Assembly: GCA_016206785.1 (NCBI GenBank)
Contig: JACQQV010000010.1
Location: 302 to 64,301 of the forward strand
Direction: 5' to 3'
DNA length: 64,000 nt
Source of the DNA: Candidatus Omnitrophota bacterium
Lineage (GTDB): Bacteria > Omnitrophota > Gorgyraeia > JACQQV01
The position numbers and the translations under genes were made by a program. Of the stretch, positions 19,299 to 29,387 are shown piece after piece (position 1 is the stretch's first letter; every line of letters starts with the position of its first letter). The notes beneath the pieces are model-generated. The model made no database searches and was not told the DNA's origin. It saw only the letters and a program-made list of their open reading frames with translations.

Positions 19299-19628
19299 CT
19301 AAACGGTGAAGGAGGATCCGCAACCACAAGAACCTTTGGCATTGGGGTTCTGAATCTGAAAGCCAGAACCGTGTAGGCCATCCCCTACGACATAGTCGAC
19401 GATGGACCCTTGGAGATATGTCCCGCTCTGGGGATCCACAAGGACCTTGAATCCCTCATAAGGGACTTCGGTATCTCCCTCGTGGCGCTCGTCAAAGGTG
19501 AATCCGTAGGACATGCCGGAACAGCCGCCCCCCTCCACTAAGACCCGGAGGGCCTTTCCCTCGAGAGATTTGTCCTGCGTGATGATTTCCCGAACCCGTT
19601 TCTGTGCATTGTCTGTGAGTGTGAGCAC
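19299..19628 (-). CDS. erpA: Fe-S cluster insertion protein of the IscA/ErpA family.
   Basis: It carries GGCSGMSYGF...CGCGSSF. Confidence 0.8.
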   Translation of the reverse strand: MLTLTDNAQKRVREIITQDKSLEGKALRVLVEGGGCSGMSYGFTFDERHEGDTEVPYEGFKVLVDPQSGTYLQGSIVDYVVGDGLHGSGFQIQNPNAKGSCGCGSSFTV

Positions 19629-19643
19629 GTCTCCCTCCTTATG

Positions 19644-20213
19644 TTACCCAATCATCGTGTTCTGTGTGATGGCCTGTTTGTCTTTCTCCTTCAAGAACTC
19701 CGAATCCTCCCGCCATCCGCGCTTGCGCAGTTTCCAGATGGCGAGGATCCTTTCCATGGGCTTCAAATAATCGATAAGAAGAATGCCGTTTAAATGATCC
19801 GTCTCGTGCTGGATAATCCGCGCAAAGAATCCTTTCGCATCAAATTCAAGGGTTTCCCCCTCCAGGCTCCTCCCTTGAACATGGATCTTCTGGGAGCGCT
19901 TCACCTCCACCTCAATGCCGGGGAGGCTTAAGCACCCTTCTCTCCCCACTTCCTCCCCCTCTCGATCCGAAATTTCCGGGTTGATGAGAACCATCGGTCG
20001 AATCGCAGGATCGACACTCGTTCCATCCAGTACAAGGATCCTCTTGGAGATCCCGACCTGTGGCGCGGCAAGTCCCACTCCCCCCTCCGCATACATCGCC
20101 TGGAGCATCTCTTGACCGAGTCGGCGAATCTCGTCGGTAATCTCCTCAATAGGAGCCGCCTTCTGACGCAAAACTTTCGCACCATAGGTGACCAGTTCCA
20201 ACTTTCGTGCCAT
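19644..20213 (-). CDS. def: Peptide deformylase.
   Basis: The motifs GVGLAAPQVG, EGCLSLPG and QHETDHLNG are present. The start is chosen at MARKLELV. Confidence 0.85.
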   Translation of the reverse strand: MARKLELVTYGAKVLRQKAAPIEEITDEIRRLGQEMLQAMYAEGGVGLAAPQVGISKRILVLDGTSVDPAIRPMVLINPEISDREGEEVGREGCLSLPGIEVEVKRSQKIHVQGRSLEGETLEFDAKGFFARIIQHETDHLNGILLIDYLKPMERILAIWKLRKRGWREDSEFLKEKDKQAITQNTMIG

Positions 20214-20229
20214 TCCTTTCTCCATCCCA

Positions 20230-21039
20230 TTAGAGCGCATAGCGCCCACTCACTTTTCTTTGTTCGTACACAAGAGCCTCTGTATAACCGGTCTTCCGGG
20301 CAAACAAAAGAGCCTGATCAAAATCTTGGCCCACCTCTTTAGGCTCATGCGCGTCCGATCCGAAGACGATCGGCACCCCCTGGGTGTAGTATGCCTCCAA
20401 AAGAATCGCGGAAGGATAGATCTCGCCCACCGGTTTGCGAAGCCCTGAGGTGTTGATCTCTACACTCACCCCCGCCTCCTTGAAGCACCGGGCAGTGGCC
20501 TCGATTTCCTGTTCAAGTGCAACGCTGGGCCGATGGCCAAATTTCTTCACAAGGTCTGTATGACCGATAATATCAAAAAAAGAGAGCGTTGCCGATTGGC
20601 GCAAGAGTTTAAAATATTTCCGATAGACCCCGTCTACGTCTTTTCCCTTCCAGCCCTCTTTCTGCTCGGAAATGTCAAACCCCCACCCGTCGATAAAATG
20701 GACGGAGCCGACGACATAATCAAAAGGGTGGGCCTTGATCAATTTCTCCGTTTCCTTTTCAAGATCCGGAAAATAATCCGCTTCGATCCCGAGCTTAATC
20801 CGGATCTTCGGATACTGTTTGCGAAGTCGTTCCACTTCCTCTACATAGTCGGGGAGTTCTTCCAGTGCCATCGTATATCCCGAATCCCTCTTATGGGGAA
20901 AGGGGAGGTGGTCGCTGAATCCTATCTCCGAAAGGCCAACGGAGAGTGCTCGCTCCACATATTCGGTCATCTCCCCCACCGCATGTCCACACCGTTTGGT
21001 ATGAATATGATAATCAATCATTTTTTGGAAGAAGATCAC
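20230..21039 (-). CDS. Histidinol-phosphatase of the PHP family (HisJ/HisK-like).
   Basis: It has the N-terminus MIDYHIHTKRCGHA and PHP-domain metal ligands. Confidence 0.7.
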   Translation of the reverse strand: MIFFQKMIDYHIHTKRCGHAVGEMTEYVERALSVGLSEIGFSDHLPFPHKRDSGYTMALEELPDYVEEVERLRKQYPKIRIKLGIEADYFPDLEKETEKLIKAHPFDYVVGSVHFIDGWGFDISEQKEGWKGKDVDGVYRKYFKLLRQSATLSFFDIIGHTDLVKKFGHRPSVALEQEIEATARCFKEAGVSVEINTSGLRKPVGEIYPSAILLEAYYTQGVPIVFGSDAHEPKEVGQDFDQALLFARKTGYTEALVYEQRKVSGRYAL

Positions 21040-21349
21040 TTTCGCTTACGATATTCACATTGTGGAGAGGAACCTCAACCACGACATCCCCACGAATTTT
21101 GCATTGGCATCCCAACCGGGACTGAAGGGTGATGCCGGTGGCGGTATCCATCCGGTCCGCCTCATCATCCTGCATTTCGGTAAGGTTCTGCATCCCCTCG
21201 CGGATGTAGACGTGGCATGTGGTGCAAGCGCAGTTTCCGCCACAGGCGTGCTCGAGGTGCACGTGGTTCTCCAAGGCCGCCTCCAAAATGGTCTTGCCCG
21301 CTGCCACCTCAAATTCCTTATTAAGAGGCAGGAATTTTATTTTTGGCAA
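21014..21349 (-). CDS. fdx: [2Fe-2S] ferredoxin, ISC-type (adrenodoxin-like).
   Basis: It carries CGGNCACTTCHV....C. Confidence 0.85.
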   Translation of the reverse strand: MPKIKFLPLNKEFEVAAGKTILEAALENHVHLEHACGGNCACTTCHVYIREGMQNLTEMQDDEADRMDTATGITLQSRLGCQCKIRGDVVVEVPLHNVNIVSESDLLPKND

Positions 21350-23177
21350 AGTCTCTGAGTACCTCCTTCACAGGACGTCCCTGAAGTTTTGCCGCAACGG
21401 CACGATTCATGAGCGAGAGGGCAAGGGGTCTCGCGTTTTCCTCGAGCGCTTCGATGGCTCTTAAAATAGCAAAGTGGTCCTCTGTCTTAACAATCGTTTT
21501 AAGACAAACGAGAGACGCTTCAATCGAACGACGTTCTTCTTCAGAAATGAGACTGTCTCCTTCTTTTAAGGCCTTTTCCGTTCCCCGACTCACCACCTCC
21601 GCTTCGTTCCGTGCCTCGATGAGTTGGCGGGCGCGGATATCCCCTTCGGCATATTCATATGATTCTTTCACCAGCCGGTCGACCTCGGAGTCGGTGAGGC
21701 CGTAAGAGGGTTTGACCTGGATCGAGACCTCTTTGCCGCGATGTTGCTCCTGGGCGGATACCTTCAGGATCCCATTGGCATCCACCATAAACTCCACTTC
21801 GATCCGGGGAAGTCCTGCCGGCATCGGTTCGACCTTGATGTCGAATTGGGCAAGACTCCGGTTATCTTTCACGAGCTCCCGTTCCCCTTGAAAAACCCGG
21901 ATCGCTACCGACGTTTGCCCATCGACAAAAGTGGTAAACGACTCCTTTACGGAACAAGGCACTTTTGAATTCCGCTCAATGATTTTGGACATGACGCCGC
22001 CGTAGGTTTCGATCCCGAGCGAAAGAGGAATCACATCCAGAAGGAGCATATCCTGAATGCCTCCGGAAAGGATCTCTCCTTGAACGGCCGCACCCATGGC
22101 CACCACCTCATCCGGATTGAGATCGCAGTGCGGCTCCTTCCCAAAAAAGTGCTTTACACTCTCCAGGACCAAAGGGATCCGTGTGGATCCGCCGACGAGA
22201 ATGACCTCATCAATCTTTTCTCTTGTCAGGCGCGCATCTTTTAAAGAGCGCTCACAGAGGGTAAGGGTGGACGCAACCAGATCCTGAATTAAAAGTTCAA
22301 AATCTTGACGGGTCCATTCCTCCTCGATCCGACGCGATGTCCCTTCCATAGGAATCGAAAGGAGTGCTTTCCCCTTTGCCGAAAGGGTGCACTTTATTTT
22401 CTCCGCCGCGACCCGGGCGATTTCGCGCTGCTGGGGTGTCACTGTCTTTAATGCCCCCCTGTCGAGGCCCCTCTGAAGGGCCGCCTCCGCCATCCGATAG
22501 TCAAAATCGTCTCCACCGAGGGTCGTATTTCCTGCTGTTGCGAGAACCTCAAAAAGTCCGTCCTGCACTTTTAAAATAGAAATGTCGAATGTCCCTCCAC
22601 CGAGATCGTAGACGGCAATGAATCCGCGATTTTTATTCTGCATCCCATAGGCAAGACTTGCGGCCGTCGGTTCATTGATAATCCGGATAACCTCAAGTCC
22701 CGCGATCTTTCCCGCATCTTTGGTGGCTTGCCTTTGGCTGTCGTTAAAATAGGCGGGTACCGTAATCACAACCTGTTCAACCGTCTCTTTGAGATGCATT
22801 TCTGCCTGAACTTTGAGTTCCCGAAGGATAAGGGCCGAAAGTTCTGGAGGGGTATACTCCTTTTTTCCGACAGAAAAGCGAATGACGCCCCCACTGGAAG
22901 GGGCTGTTCGATAGGAAACCTGTTTCAGGGCTTGAGAAACCTCTTCCGTGCCCCGTCCCATGAATCGCTTCACCGAATAGACCGTCTGAGCCGCATGGGT
23001 CACCCGCCTCGCCTTTCCCTTTTCTCCGACGATTGGGCGACCCTCTTCGTCAAAAGAGACGACCGACGGGAGAAGGGTTCTCCTCTCGGCATTCGGAATG
23101 CAGACCGGTTTCCCATCCTTCATCATGGCGATGAGGCTAAAGGTCGTGCCTAAATCAATTCCCAGAATCTTGCTCAT
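21321..23177 (-). CDS. hscA: Fe-S assembly chaperone HscA (Hsp70-type).
   Basis: [14 protein letters not shown] and other Hsp70 ATPase motifs are present, and the gene sits in the isc context. Confidence 0.85.
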   Translation of the reverse strand: MSKILGIDLGTTFSLIAMMKDGKPVCIPNAERRTLLPSVVSFDEEGRPIVGEKGKARRVTHAAQTVYSVKRFMGRGTEEVSQALKQVSYRTAPSSGGVIRFSVGKKEYTPPELSALILRELKVQAEMHLKETVEQVVITVPAYFNDSQRQATKDAGKIAGLEVIRIINEPTAASLAYGMQNKNRGFIAVYDLGGGTFDISILKVQDGLFEVLATAGNTTLGGDDFDYRMAEAALQRGLDRGALKTVTPQQREIARVAAEKIKCTLSAKGKALLSIPMEGTSRRIEEEWTRQDFELLIQDLVASTLTLCERSLKDARLTREKIDEVILVGGSTRIPLVLESVKHFFGKEPHCDLNPDEVVAMGAAVQGEILSGGIQDMLLLDVIPLSLGIETYGGVMSKIIERNSKVPCSVKESFTTFVDGQTSVAIRVFQGERELVKDNRSLAQFDIKVEPMPAGLPRIEVEFMVDANGILKVSAQEQHRGKEVSIQVKPSYGLTDSEVDRLVKESYEYAEGDIRARQLIEARNEAEVVSRGTEKALKEGDSLISEEERRSIEASLVCLKTIVKTEDHFAILRAIEALEENARPLALSLMNRAVAAKLQGRPVKEVLRDFAKNKIPAS

Positions 23178-23207
23178 TGATTCCCTTTGTCGTCATGTTT
23201 GGCTAAC

Positions 23208-23534
23208 TTACGCACTAAATGACACGCCACAGCCGCAACTTTTCTTCGCGTTCGGATTATTAAACTGAAACCCGGATCCCATGAGGCTTGTGGTATAGTC
23301 GAGGAGGGTCCCGTTAAGGTACAGGTAACTTTTCATGTCGACGACGACTTTGATGCCGTTTGTCTCAAAGACCTTATCGGTTTCCTTCGGAGGATTCTCT
23401 TCAAAGGCAAGGTGGTAGGTGAGACCTGAGCAGCCTCCACCTTTTACAGCCATGCGGACCGCAAGACTTGGCTTATGCTCTTTCTCGAGGAGCTGCTTGA
23501 GTTCTTGAACAGCCTTTTCCGTCACGATGATCAT
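23208..23534 (-). CDS. iscA: Fe-S assembly scaffold / carrier IscA.
   Basis: It carries GGGCSGLTY...CGCGVSF. Only the C-terminal 108 aa of ORF 23208..23816 are the IscA reading. Confidence 0.8.
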   Translation of the reverse strand: MIIVTEKAVQELKQLLEKEHKPSLAVRMAVKGGGCSGLTYHLAFEENPPKETDKVFETNGIKVVVDMKSYLYLNGTLLDYTTSLMGSGFQFNNPNAKKSCGCGVSFSA

Positions 23535-23536
23535 GA

Positions 23537-23923
23537 TCAGACCCCCGCCACCTTTTTCTTCCGATAATCCTCGACGGCTGCTTTGATCGCATCCTCCGCC
23601 AAAACCGAACAGTGAATCTTGACCGGTGGAAGCGACAACTCCTTCACAATCTCGGTATTCTTGATCTGGAACGCCTCGTTGATCGTCCTCCCCTTCATCC
23701 ACTCGGTGGCAAGGCTCGAAGAGGCGATCGCACTTCCGCACCCAAAGGTCTTGAAGCGCGCATCGACGATCACGTCGTTTTCCACCTTGATTTGAAGTTT
23801 CATCACGTCTCCACACTCCGGAGCACCCACGATCCCTGTTCCGACATTTTTTTCATTCTTCTCGAAACTGCCGATGTTGCGCGGATGGTTGAAGTGATCA
23901 AGCACTTTCTGTGAGTACGACAT
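23537..23923 (-). CDS. iscU: Fe-S cluster assembly scaffold IscU.
   Basis: It has GAPECGDVMKLQIKV, HCS and CGSAIASSS. Confidence 0.9.
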   Translation of the reverse strand: MSYSQKVLDHFNHPRNIGSFEKNEKNVGTGIVGAPECGDVMKLQIKVENDVIVDARFKTFGCGSAIASSSLATEWMKGRTINEAFQIKNTEIVKELSLPPVKIHCSVLAEDAIKAAVEDYRKKKVAGV

Positions 23924-23935
23924 AGAACCCCTCCT

Positions 23936-25150
23936 TTACTCCCGCTTCCATGTAACGTTCTTTAAATCGATGCCTTCTTTCGCCATATCATAAAGAGGTG
24001 ACATCTCCCGAAGTCTTGTAATGGTTTGAACCACTCTCTTGGCGGTGAAATCAATCTCTTCCTCCGTGTTAAAACGACCAAAACTAAAACGGATTGAGGT
24101 ATGGGCCAGCTCCACCCCAGCCCCCAATGCGATGAGCACATAGGAAGGCTCAAGGGTCGCGGTGGTGCAGGCGGACCCTGAAGAAACGGCAATGTCATTA
24201 ATCCCCATGAGAATCGACTCCCCTTCCACAAACTCAAGACTCATATTGAGAATATTCGGGAGTCTCTGCGTCGGATGTCCGTTCAAATGAACATAGTCCA
24301 AAGAGGATTCAATCGCTGTGCGAAGCTTTTCATTCAACTTCCAGAGTCTTTCCCGCTCCGTCTCCATCTCCGCAAGGGCAAGTTCACACGCCTTTCCAAA
24401 TCCGACAATCGCTGGAACATTGAGGGTGCCGGACCGCATCCCCCGTTCCGCCCCTCCGCCGTCTAAGATCGGGGCAAGACGGACCCTTGGATTTTTCTTC
24501 CGGACATAGAGGGCACCGATCCCCTTAGGTCCATAAATCTTATGGGCGGAAAGGGCCAAAAGATCGATCCCCATCGCCTCCACGTCAATAGGGATATATC
24601 CTTGTGATGCTGCCGCGTCACAGAAATAGAGGATTCCCCTTTCTTTTGCAATCTTCCCAATCTCGGTGACCGGATGAATCGTTCCGATTTCATGATTGCC
24701 ATACATGAGCGCAATTAAAATGGTCTTATCCGTGATCTCTCTCTTGAGCGCTTCGAGATCGGCAAGACCCGTTTTGTCCACCGGGAGGTAGGTCACGCGG
24801 AAGCCGCTCCGTTCCAGCCGGCGGGTGGTATCGATGACCGCCCGGTGTTCCGTTGCTCCGACGATAAGGTGATCCCCTTTTTCCCGATAGATCTCACAGA
24901 TCCCTTTAAGGGCGAGGTTGCACGATTCGGTTCCGCCGGAGGTAAAGACGATTTCTTTGGGATCGCAGTGGATCAGTTGTGAAATCCGCGTCCGTGATTC
25001 ATCCACTTTGCTCTCCGCCTTCCATCCATACGGATGGTTCCGACTGGCAGCGTTTCCATATTCCTCGGAAAAATAAGGAAGCATCTCCTCCAAAACCCGT
25101 GGATCGACACGGGTCGTCGACATGTTGTCCAAAAAAATTGGAAATTTCAT
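23936..25150 (-). CDS. iscS: Cysteine desulfurase IscS.
   Basis: It is class-V aminotransferase NifS/IscS-like with a SSGSACTT active-site loop. Confidence 0.85.
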   Translation of the reverse strand: MKFPIFLDNMSTTRVDPRVLEEMLPYFSEEYGNAASRNHPYGWKAESKVDESRTRISQLIHCDPKEIVFTSGGTESCNLALKGICEIYREKGDHLIVGATEHRAVIDTTRRLERSGFRVTYLPVDKTGLADLEALKREITDKTILIALMYGNHEIGTIHPVTEIGKIAKERGILYFCDAAASQGYIPIDVEAMGIDLLALSAHKIYGPKGIGALYVRKKNPRVRLAPILDGGGAERGMRSGTLNVPAIVGFGKACELALAEMETERERLWKLNEKLRTAIESSLDYVHLNGHPTQRLPNILNMSLEFVEGESILMGINDIAVSSGSACTTATLEPSYVLIALGAGVELAHTSIRFSFGRFNTEEEIDFTAKRVVQTITRLREMSPLYDMAKEGIDLKNVTWKRE

Positions 25151-26325
25151 CTCACACTCCTCACTTCTTGGGGTATAGGAGTTCTGTTCAACTTCCGGAG
25201 TCTCTCAACGACTTTCGGAAAAATATCAAGGACAACCGAAATCTCCTCCTCCCGGTTCCCGATGCCCAACGTCAAAACAACTGTGCCTCGCGCAAGAAGT
25301 TCCGGGACCCCCATGGCCTGAAGGACATGGGAACTCTTCATCGCCTTTGAATTACAGGCAGAGCCGCTGGCGACAGAAATTCCTTCCATATCGAGCGAAA
25401 GAAGAAGCGGTTCACTTTCGACATGGGCAACCGAAATACTCACATGCCCCGGCAGACGCTGCGTGGGATGACCGTTCAAATAAACCTCCTCGACGGAAAT
25501 AAGTCCTTCCATCAGCCGATTCCGCAATTTTAAAAGAGAGGTCGTCCGCTCCTCCATGTGAGAGAGGGCCAGTTCCGCTGCCTTTCCCATCCCCACAATC
25601 GCAGGAAGATTTTCCGTGCCGGAGCGCCGACCCTCCTCCTGGCCGCCTCCGTCGAAGAAAGGGAGCATCTTTGTTCCCTTTCGGACATAAAGGGCCGCTG
25701 CACCGACCGGCCCATAAAATTGATTGGCCGTAAGGGTGAGTGCAGCAACACCTAATTCCGAAACATTCGTCGGAATCGTGCCGCAGGAACTCACAGCATC
25801 CGTATGAAAAAGAATTCCATGCTCCTGAGCCACTTGAGCAATCTCCCGAATCGACTGAAGAGTGCCGACTTCACCATTTGCATGCATGATTGAAATGAGC
25901 ACTGTATCGGGTGCGATCGCCTCACGGACTTTTTGAGGATCCACCCAACCGGCCTGATCTACGGGCACACGTGTCACCCGATACCCCTGCCGTTCCAGAC
26001 GCCGGGCCGCATGCAGAATAGAAAAATGTTCGATGCTCGAAACAACAATATGTCTTCCCTTTTTCTCATGCGCGGCTGCGAGACCTTTCATGGCAAAGTT
26101 ATTCGCTTCCGTCCCGCAGGAAGTAAAAATGATTTCTTCCCCCCTGGCGCCGATGAGAGAGGCGGTCTTCTCCCTCGCCTCCTCGAGCGCCTTCGCATTC
26201 TTCCGTCCCCCACGATGCAGACTCGACGGATTGGCGAATTCTCCGTGGAGGTAGGGCGCCATCGCCTCCCGGACTTCCGGGAGAAGCGGGGTATTGGATG
26301 TATGGTCTAAATAGATCTGTTCCAT
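25147..26325 (-). CDS. nifS: Second cysteine desulfurase (NifS-type) in the same operon.
   Basis: The fold is the same, with an ASGSACNS active-site loop, and the start overlaps iscS by 4 nt. Confidence 0.8.
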   Translation of the reverse strand: MEQIYLDHTSNTPLLPEVREAMAPYLHGEFANPSSLHRGGRKNAKALEEAREKTASLIGARGEEIIFTSCGTEANNFAMKGLAAAHEKKGRHIVVSSIEHFSILHAARRLERQGYRVTRVPVDQAGWVDPQKVREAIAPDTVLISIMHANGEVGTLQSIREIAQVAQEHGILFHTDAVSSCGTIPTNVSELGVAALTLTANQFYGPVGAAALYVRKGTKMLPFFDGGGQEEGRRSGTENLPAIVGMGKAAELALSHMEERTTSLLKLRNRLMEGLISVEEVYLNGHPTQRLPGHVSISVAHVESEPLLLSLDMEGISVASGSACNSKAMKSSHVLQAMGVPELLARGTVVLTLGIGNREEEISVVLDIFPKVVERLRKLNRTPIPQEVRSVR

Positions 26326-26332
26326 GATCTCC

Positions 26333-26821
26333 TCAAATGTGTGGTGTAAGCGGAATCACTTTCCGACCCGCCATCGCGGTAAGCCGTTCCTTCACCCTGT
26401 CTTCCTCTTGGATCAAGAGTTCCAAGTTCGCTTCCGTCAGGAGTTCGTTCACCTTCTTGTAGATATTGACCCAGAGCGCCCGGAGGCCACAGTCGTGGAG
26501 GTCGAGATACATACACCGTTTCTCCCCCTCCATAAAGCGGATGCAGGCGACTTCAAAAACGCCCCCTTCAAGGGTCCAGACAATCTGCCGTGCCGTAATC
26601 TCTCGCGGTGGTTTGGCAAGGACAAACCCGCCTTTCGCACCTCGACGACTTTCAATCAAGCCCGCCCGGAGAAGCTTCCACAAGAGTTTCTGAACATAAT
26701 CCTCTGGAAGATGCTCAATTTGCGCGATCTCATGGGTGGTCGTCGGTTCGCCATTGTCATAATTACGGGCAAGCCGCATGGCGATCCGCAACCCATACTC
26801 GCCTTTGTTGGTAATCCTCAT
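26333..26821 (-). CDS. iscR: Rrf2-family transcriptional regulator (IscR-like).
   Basis: The N-terminal wHTH MRITNKGEYGLRIAMRLA, Cys residues and the position at the head of the isc operon all fit. Confidence 0.8.
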   Translation of the reverse strand: MRITNKGEYGLRIAMRLARNYDNGEPTTTHEIAQIEHLPEDYVQKLLWKLLRAGLIESRRGAKGGFVLAKPPREITARQIVWTLEGGVFEVACIRFMEGEKRCMYLDLHDCGLRALWVNIYKKVNELLTEANLELLIQEEDRVKERLTAMAGRKVIPLTPHI

Positions 26822-26974
26822 CCCTATTCCTCCTAAGAGGTTCTGTAATCCAGACTAAAGTTATCTTCTTTATTAAGTGTACCATGCCAGGGTGATGCTG
26901 TCAAGTATTTCTGTCAGAAATAAGGAGGGAAGGTAAGGGAAGGTATATGACATAACCCATTTAAAATAAAAGGG

Positions 26975-28072
26975 TTACTCAGAAATATACTGAAGCAACA
27001 GCGCCTCAAGTTGGGCGAGGTGACCAATCTTACCGCTATAGATGGTGCGGAAGGCCTGTTCGAAATCACCGGTCTTCAGGAGAATTTCTGTGAATTCCCC
27101 AAAGGGACGGCGTCCATATTGCGTGATGAGAAACTCAATCAGTTTTTCAGACTCCGTATAGAAGAGTTTTTTCTGTTCCACGTCCGCCGGGTAAGAAGTG
27201 CGATGAACCAGTTCTGAGAGAGGGATATGATTTCCATTTCGGGCCGCCTCGAAAAGGAGATCTTCATCGATCCCGATAATGCCTCCTTCGTAATTGGCAA
27301 ATCCTTCGTTAAACCAGGGGGGGATCTGATTTCCCTGGGCCATTTCTTCGAGAAAGATATGGGTCAACTCATGAGGAAAGGCAACTTGTAAATAGGGGAT
27401 AGAAAGACCGTACAAAAAGATTTCCCTCGTCCTCGCCCCCATCGTAAAACCGCCGGTCAATTCAGGCTGGATGCCGAGACTCTTCAGGAAACGGAGCCAT
27501 TGGGACTCCTCGCGCACCACAAAAACTGTATATTTCTTCTTCCGGTCGTAGCCGCGGAGGCGGAGGTCACCCACAATTTTTTCCAAATAATACTCGGCCC
27601 TATCCGCCACCGCCTTTCCTTGAGTCAGATCTTGGTAGTAAACGACGAAATGCTGAGTCTTGCGCACCCACCATTTTCCCTCGGAAAGAATGAGTTGATT
27701 TTCAGTTGTCGGCGTAAGAGGAACTGTTGCGACACCTCGAAGGGGGGGTCTTGGAAGAACGGTTTGCGGGGGAGCCTGCGGTTTCTTATTCCACTCGGCA
27801 CGGAGGGTTTTCCGTTCTTCTTCGGAGGAATAAACGATACGATCGACTTCATTCCTTGAGAACGTCATTGTCGCGGATTGATCAAACTCAACGATCACCT
27901 TTTCTTCATCTTCTTCGACGACGATGCCATAGACAGGGTTTCCGTTTTTGAGGGTGACGGTATCGGCAGAAAGTGGAGAGACGAAAGCGAAGGAAAAGAT
28001 CAAAAAAGGAAGGAGAAATATTCTCAATGACAAATACCAAAATTCAAATGACAAATGAATGACAAAGTACAA
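26975..28072 (-). CDS. Secreted putative zinc metallopeptidase (HExxH), DUF1570-like.
   Basis: It has a signal peptide and an FPHELTHIFLEE HExxH motif. The start codon appears to be TTG. Confidence 0.45.
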   Translation of the reverse strand: MYFVIHLSFEFWYLSLRIFLLPFLIFSFAFVSPLSADTVTLKNGNPVYGIVVEEDEEKVIVEFDQSATMTFSRNEVDRIVYSSEEERKTLRAEWNKKPQAPPQTVLPRPPLRGVATVPLTPTTENQLILSEGKWWVRKTQHFVVYYQDLTQGKAVADRAEYYLEKIVGDLRLRGYDRKKKYTVFVVREESQWLRFLKSLGIQPELTGGFTMGARTREIFLYGLSIPYLQVAFPHELTHIFLEEMAQGNQIPPWFNEGFANYEGGIIGIDEDLLFEAARNGNHIPLSELVHRTSYPADVEQKKLFYTESEKLIEFLITQYGRRPFGEFTEILLKTGDFEQAFRTIYSGKIGHLAQLEALLLQYISE

Positions 28073-28123
28073 ATTCCAAATAACAAAACCTTGACTTTGG
28101 GATTTGTCATTTGGGATTTGGAT

Positions 28124-29347
28124 TTATTTTGTGCTTTGGATTTTGTCATTTGTCATTAGTTCTTTGCCTGCCAGAACGGTAACAAGCCGATCGATCACCT
28201 CGCCCATCACCCGGTCGGGTGTCGAAGCCCCTGAGGTAATTCCTATTTGAATGGGGCCTTCCTTCGCCCATTTGCACGTGACAGTGAGTTCCTTTTTTCC
28301 AACCGGCTTATGGCGGATTGCTTCCCGAGAAATGATGCATGCGGCATCTTCAATATGGTAGGCGCGCGTTTTTAAAACGGCGATTTCGCAGAGATGATTG
28401 GTATTGGAACTGTTGTAACCGCCGACGACGACCATCACGTCGACCCCCTCTTCCAAAAGACTGATTACCGCATCCTGCCGCTCTTGTGTGGCACTACAAA
28501 TCGTGTCGAAAGAGCGGAAATGGGTGTCGAGATTTTCCGGGCCATATTTTTTTGCCATCGTCTCGCCGAAAAGTCTGGCGACTGCCAGTGACTCACTGGA
28601 GAGCATCGTGGTCTGATTGGCGCACCCCACCTGTTCCAAGTCTCTCTCCGGATTAAAGCCGGGCGAAGCGACCCGGCCGAATTTTTTCAAAAAGAGTTCC
28701 TTGGAACCGCCGTTTAACATGTGGCTGCACACCTCTTTCGCTTCGTCGAGATCAAGAAGAACAAGAAATTTTCCGCCCGGAAATTGCGTGGCACGCGAAG
28801 AGGTGGCGCGTGTTTCCTCATGATCGAATTTCCCATGAATAATCGCTGTATAGCCGTCCTGCGCATACCGTTCCACCCGTTTCCAGACATGGACCACCGA
28901 CCCGCAGGTCGTATCGACGAGGATGCACCCTTTCGCCTTCAGTTTCTCAAGATCCGCAACCGGCACCCCGAAAGCAGGAATCAAAACAACCGCATCCGGC
29001 GGGACCGCATCAAATCCTCGCCCGTTCAAAAACGAAATTCCCATCTCTTTCAACCGATTGTTCACCCGGGGATTATGAATGATCTCGCTGGTGAGGTAAA
29101 TTTTCCGTTCCGGAAATTTGAGTCGGGTCTCATACGCGTAGTCAACCGCCTTGTCGACGCCGTAGCAGAAACCGAACTCCTGAGCGAGGCGGATTGTCAG
29201 ATCCCCGGTGCGATACGTGTGCCCCTCCGCCTTCAGTTTCTCCACGAGGGCGCTATGGTAGTCCTCGACCAGGGTCTCTTTGATCTCCCCTTTGAGACCA
29301 AAGCCATGCTTGTAATAGGTAGAATCTGTTGTGTTGGGTGCAGTCAT
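28124..29347 (-). CDS. ispH: 4-hydroxy-3-methylbut-2-enyl diphosphate reductase IspH, long form.
   Basis: It carries FGFCYGVDKAV, SEIIHNPRVN and three conserved Cys. Confidence 0.8.
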   Translation of the reverse strand: MTAPNTTDSTYYKHGFGLKGEIKETLVEDYHSALVEKLKAEGHTYRTGDLTIRLAQEFGFCYGVDKAVDYAYETRLKFPERKIYLTSEIIHNPRVNNRLKEMGISFLNGRGFDAVPPDAVVLIPAFGVPVADLEKLKAKGCILVDTTCGSVVHVWKRVERYAQDGYTAIIHGKFDHEETRATSSRATQFPGGKFLVLLDLDEAKEVCSHMLNGGSKELFLKKFGRVASPGFNPERDLEQVGCANQTTMLSSESLAVARLFGETMAKKYGPENLDTHFRSFDTICSATQERQDAVISLLEEGVDVMVVVGGYNSSNTNHLCEIAVLKTRAYHIEDAACIISREAIRHKPVGKKELTVTCKWAKEGPIQIGITSGASTPDRVMGEVIDRLVTVLAGKELMTNDKIQSTK

Positions 29348-29387
29348 AGTGAAAAAATTATAGCAGATTTAGGAAGAAAACTCAACG

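Noticed and set aside
26940-26980. AACCC-N13-GGGTT dyad near the iscR promoter and peptidase stop.
   Set aside because: It does not match known IscR type-1 or type-2 boxes convincingly. It could equally be a weak terminator for the upstream gene.
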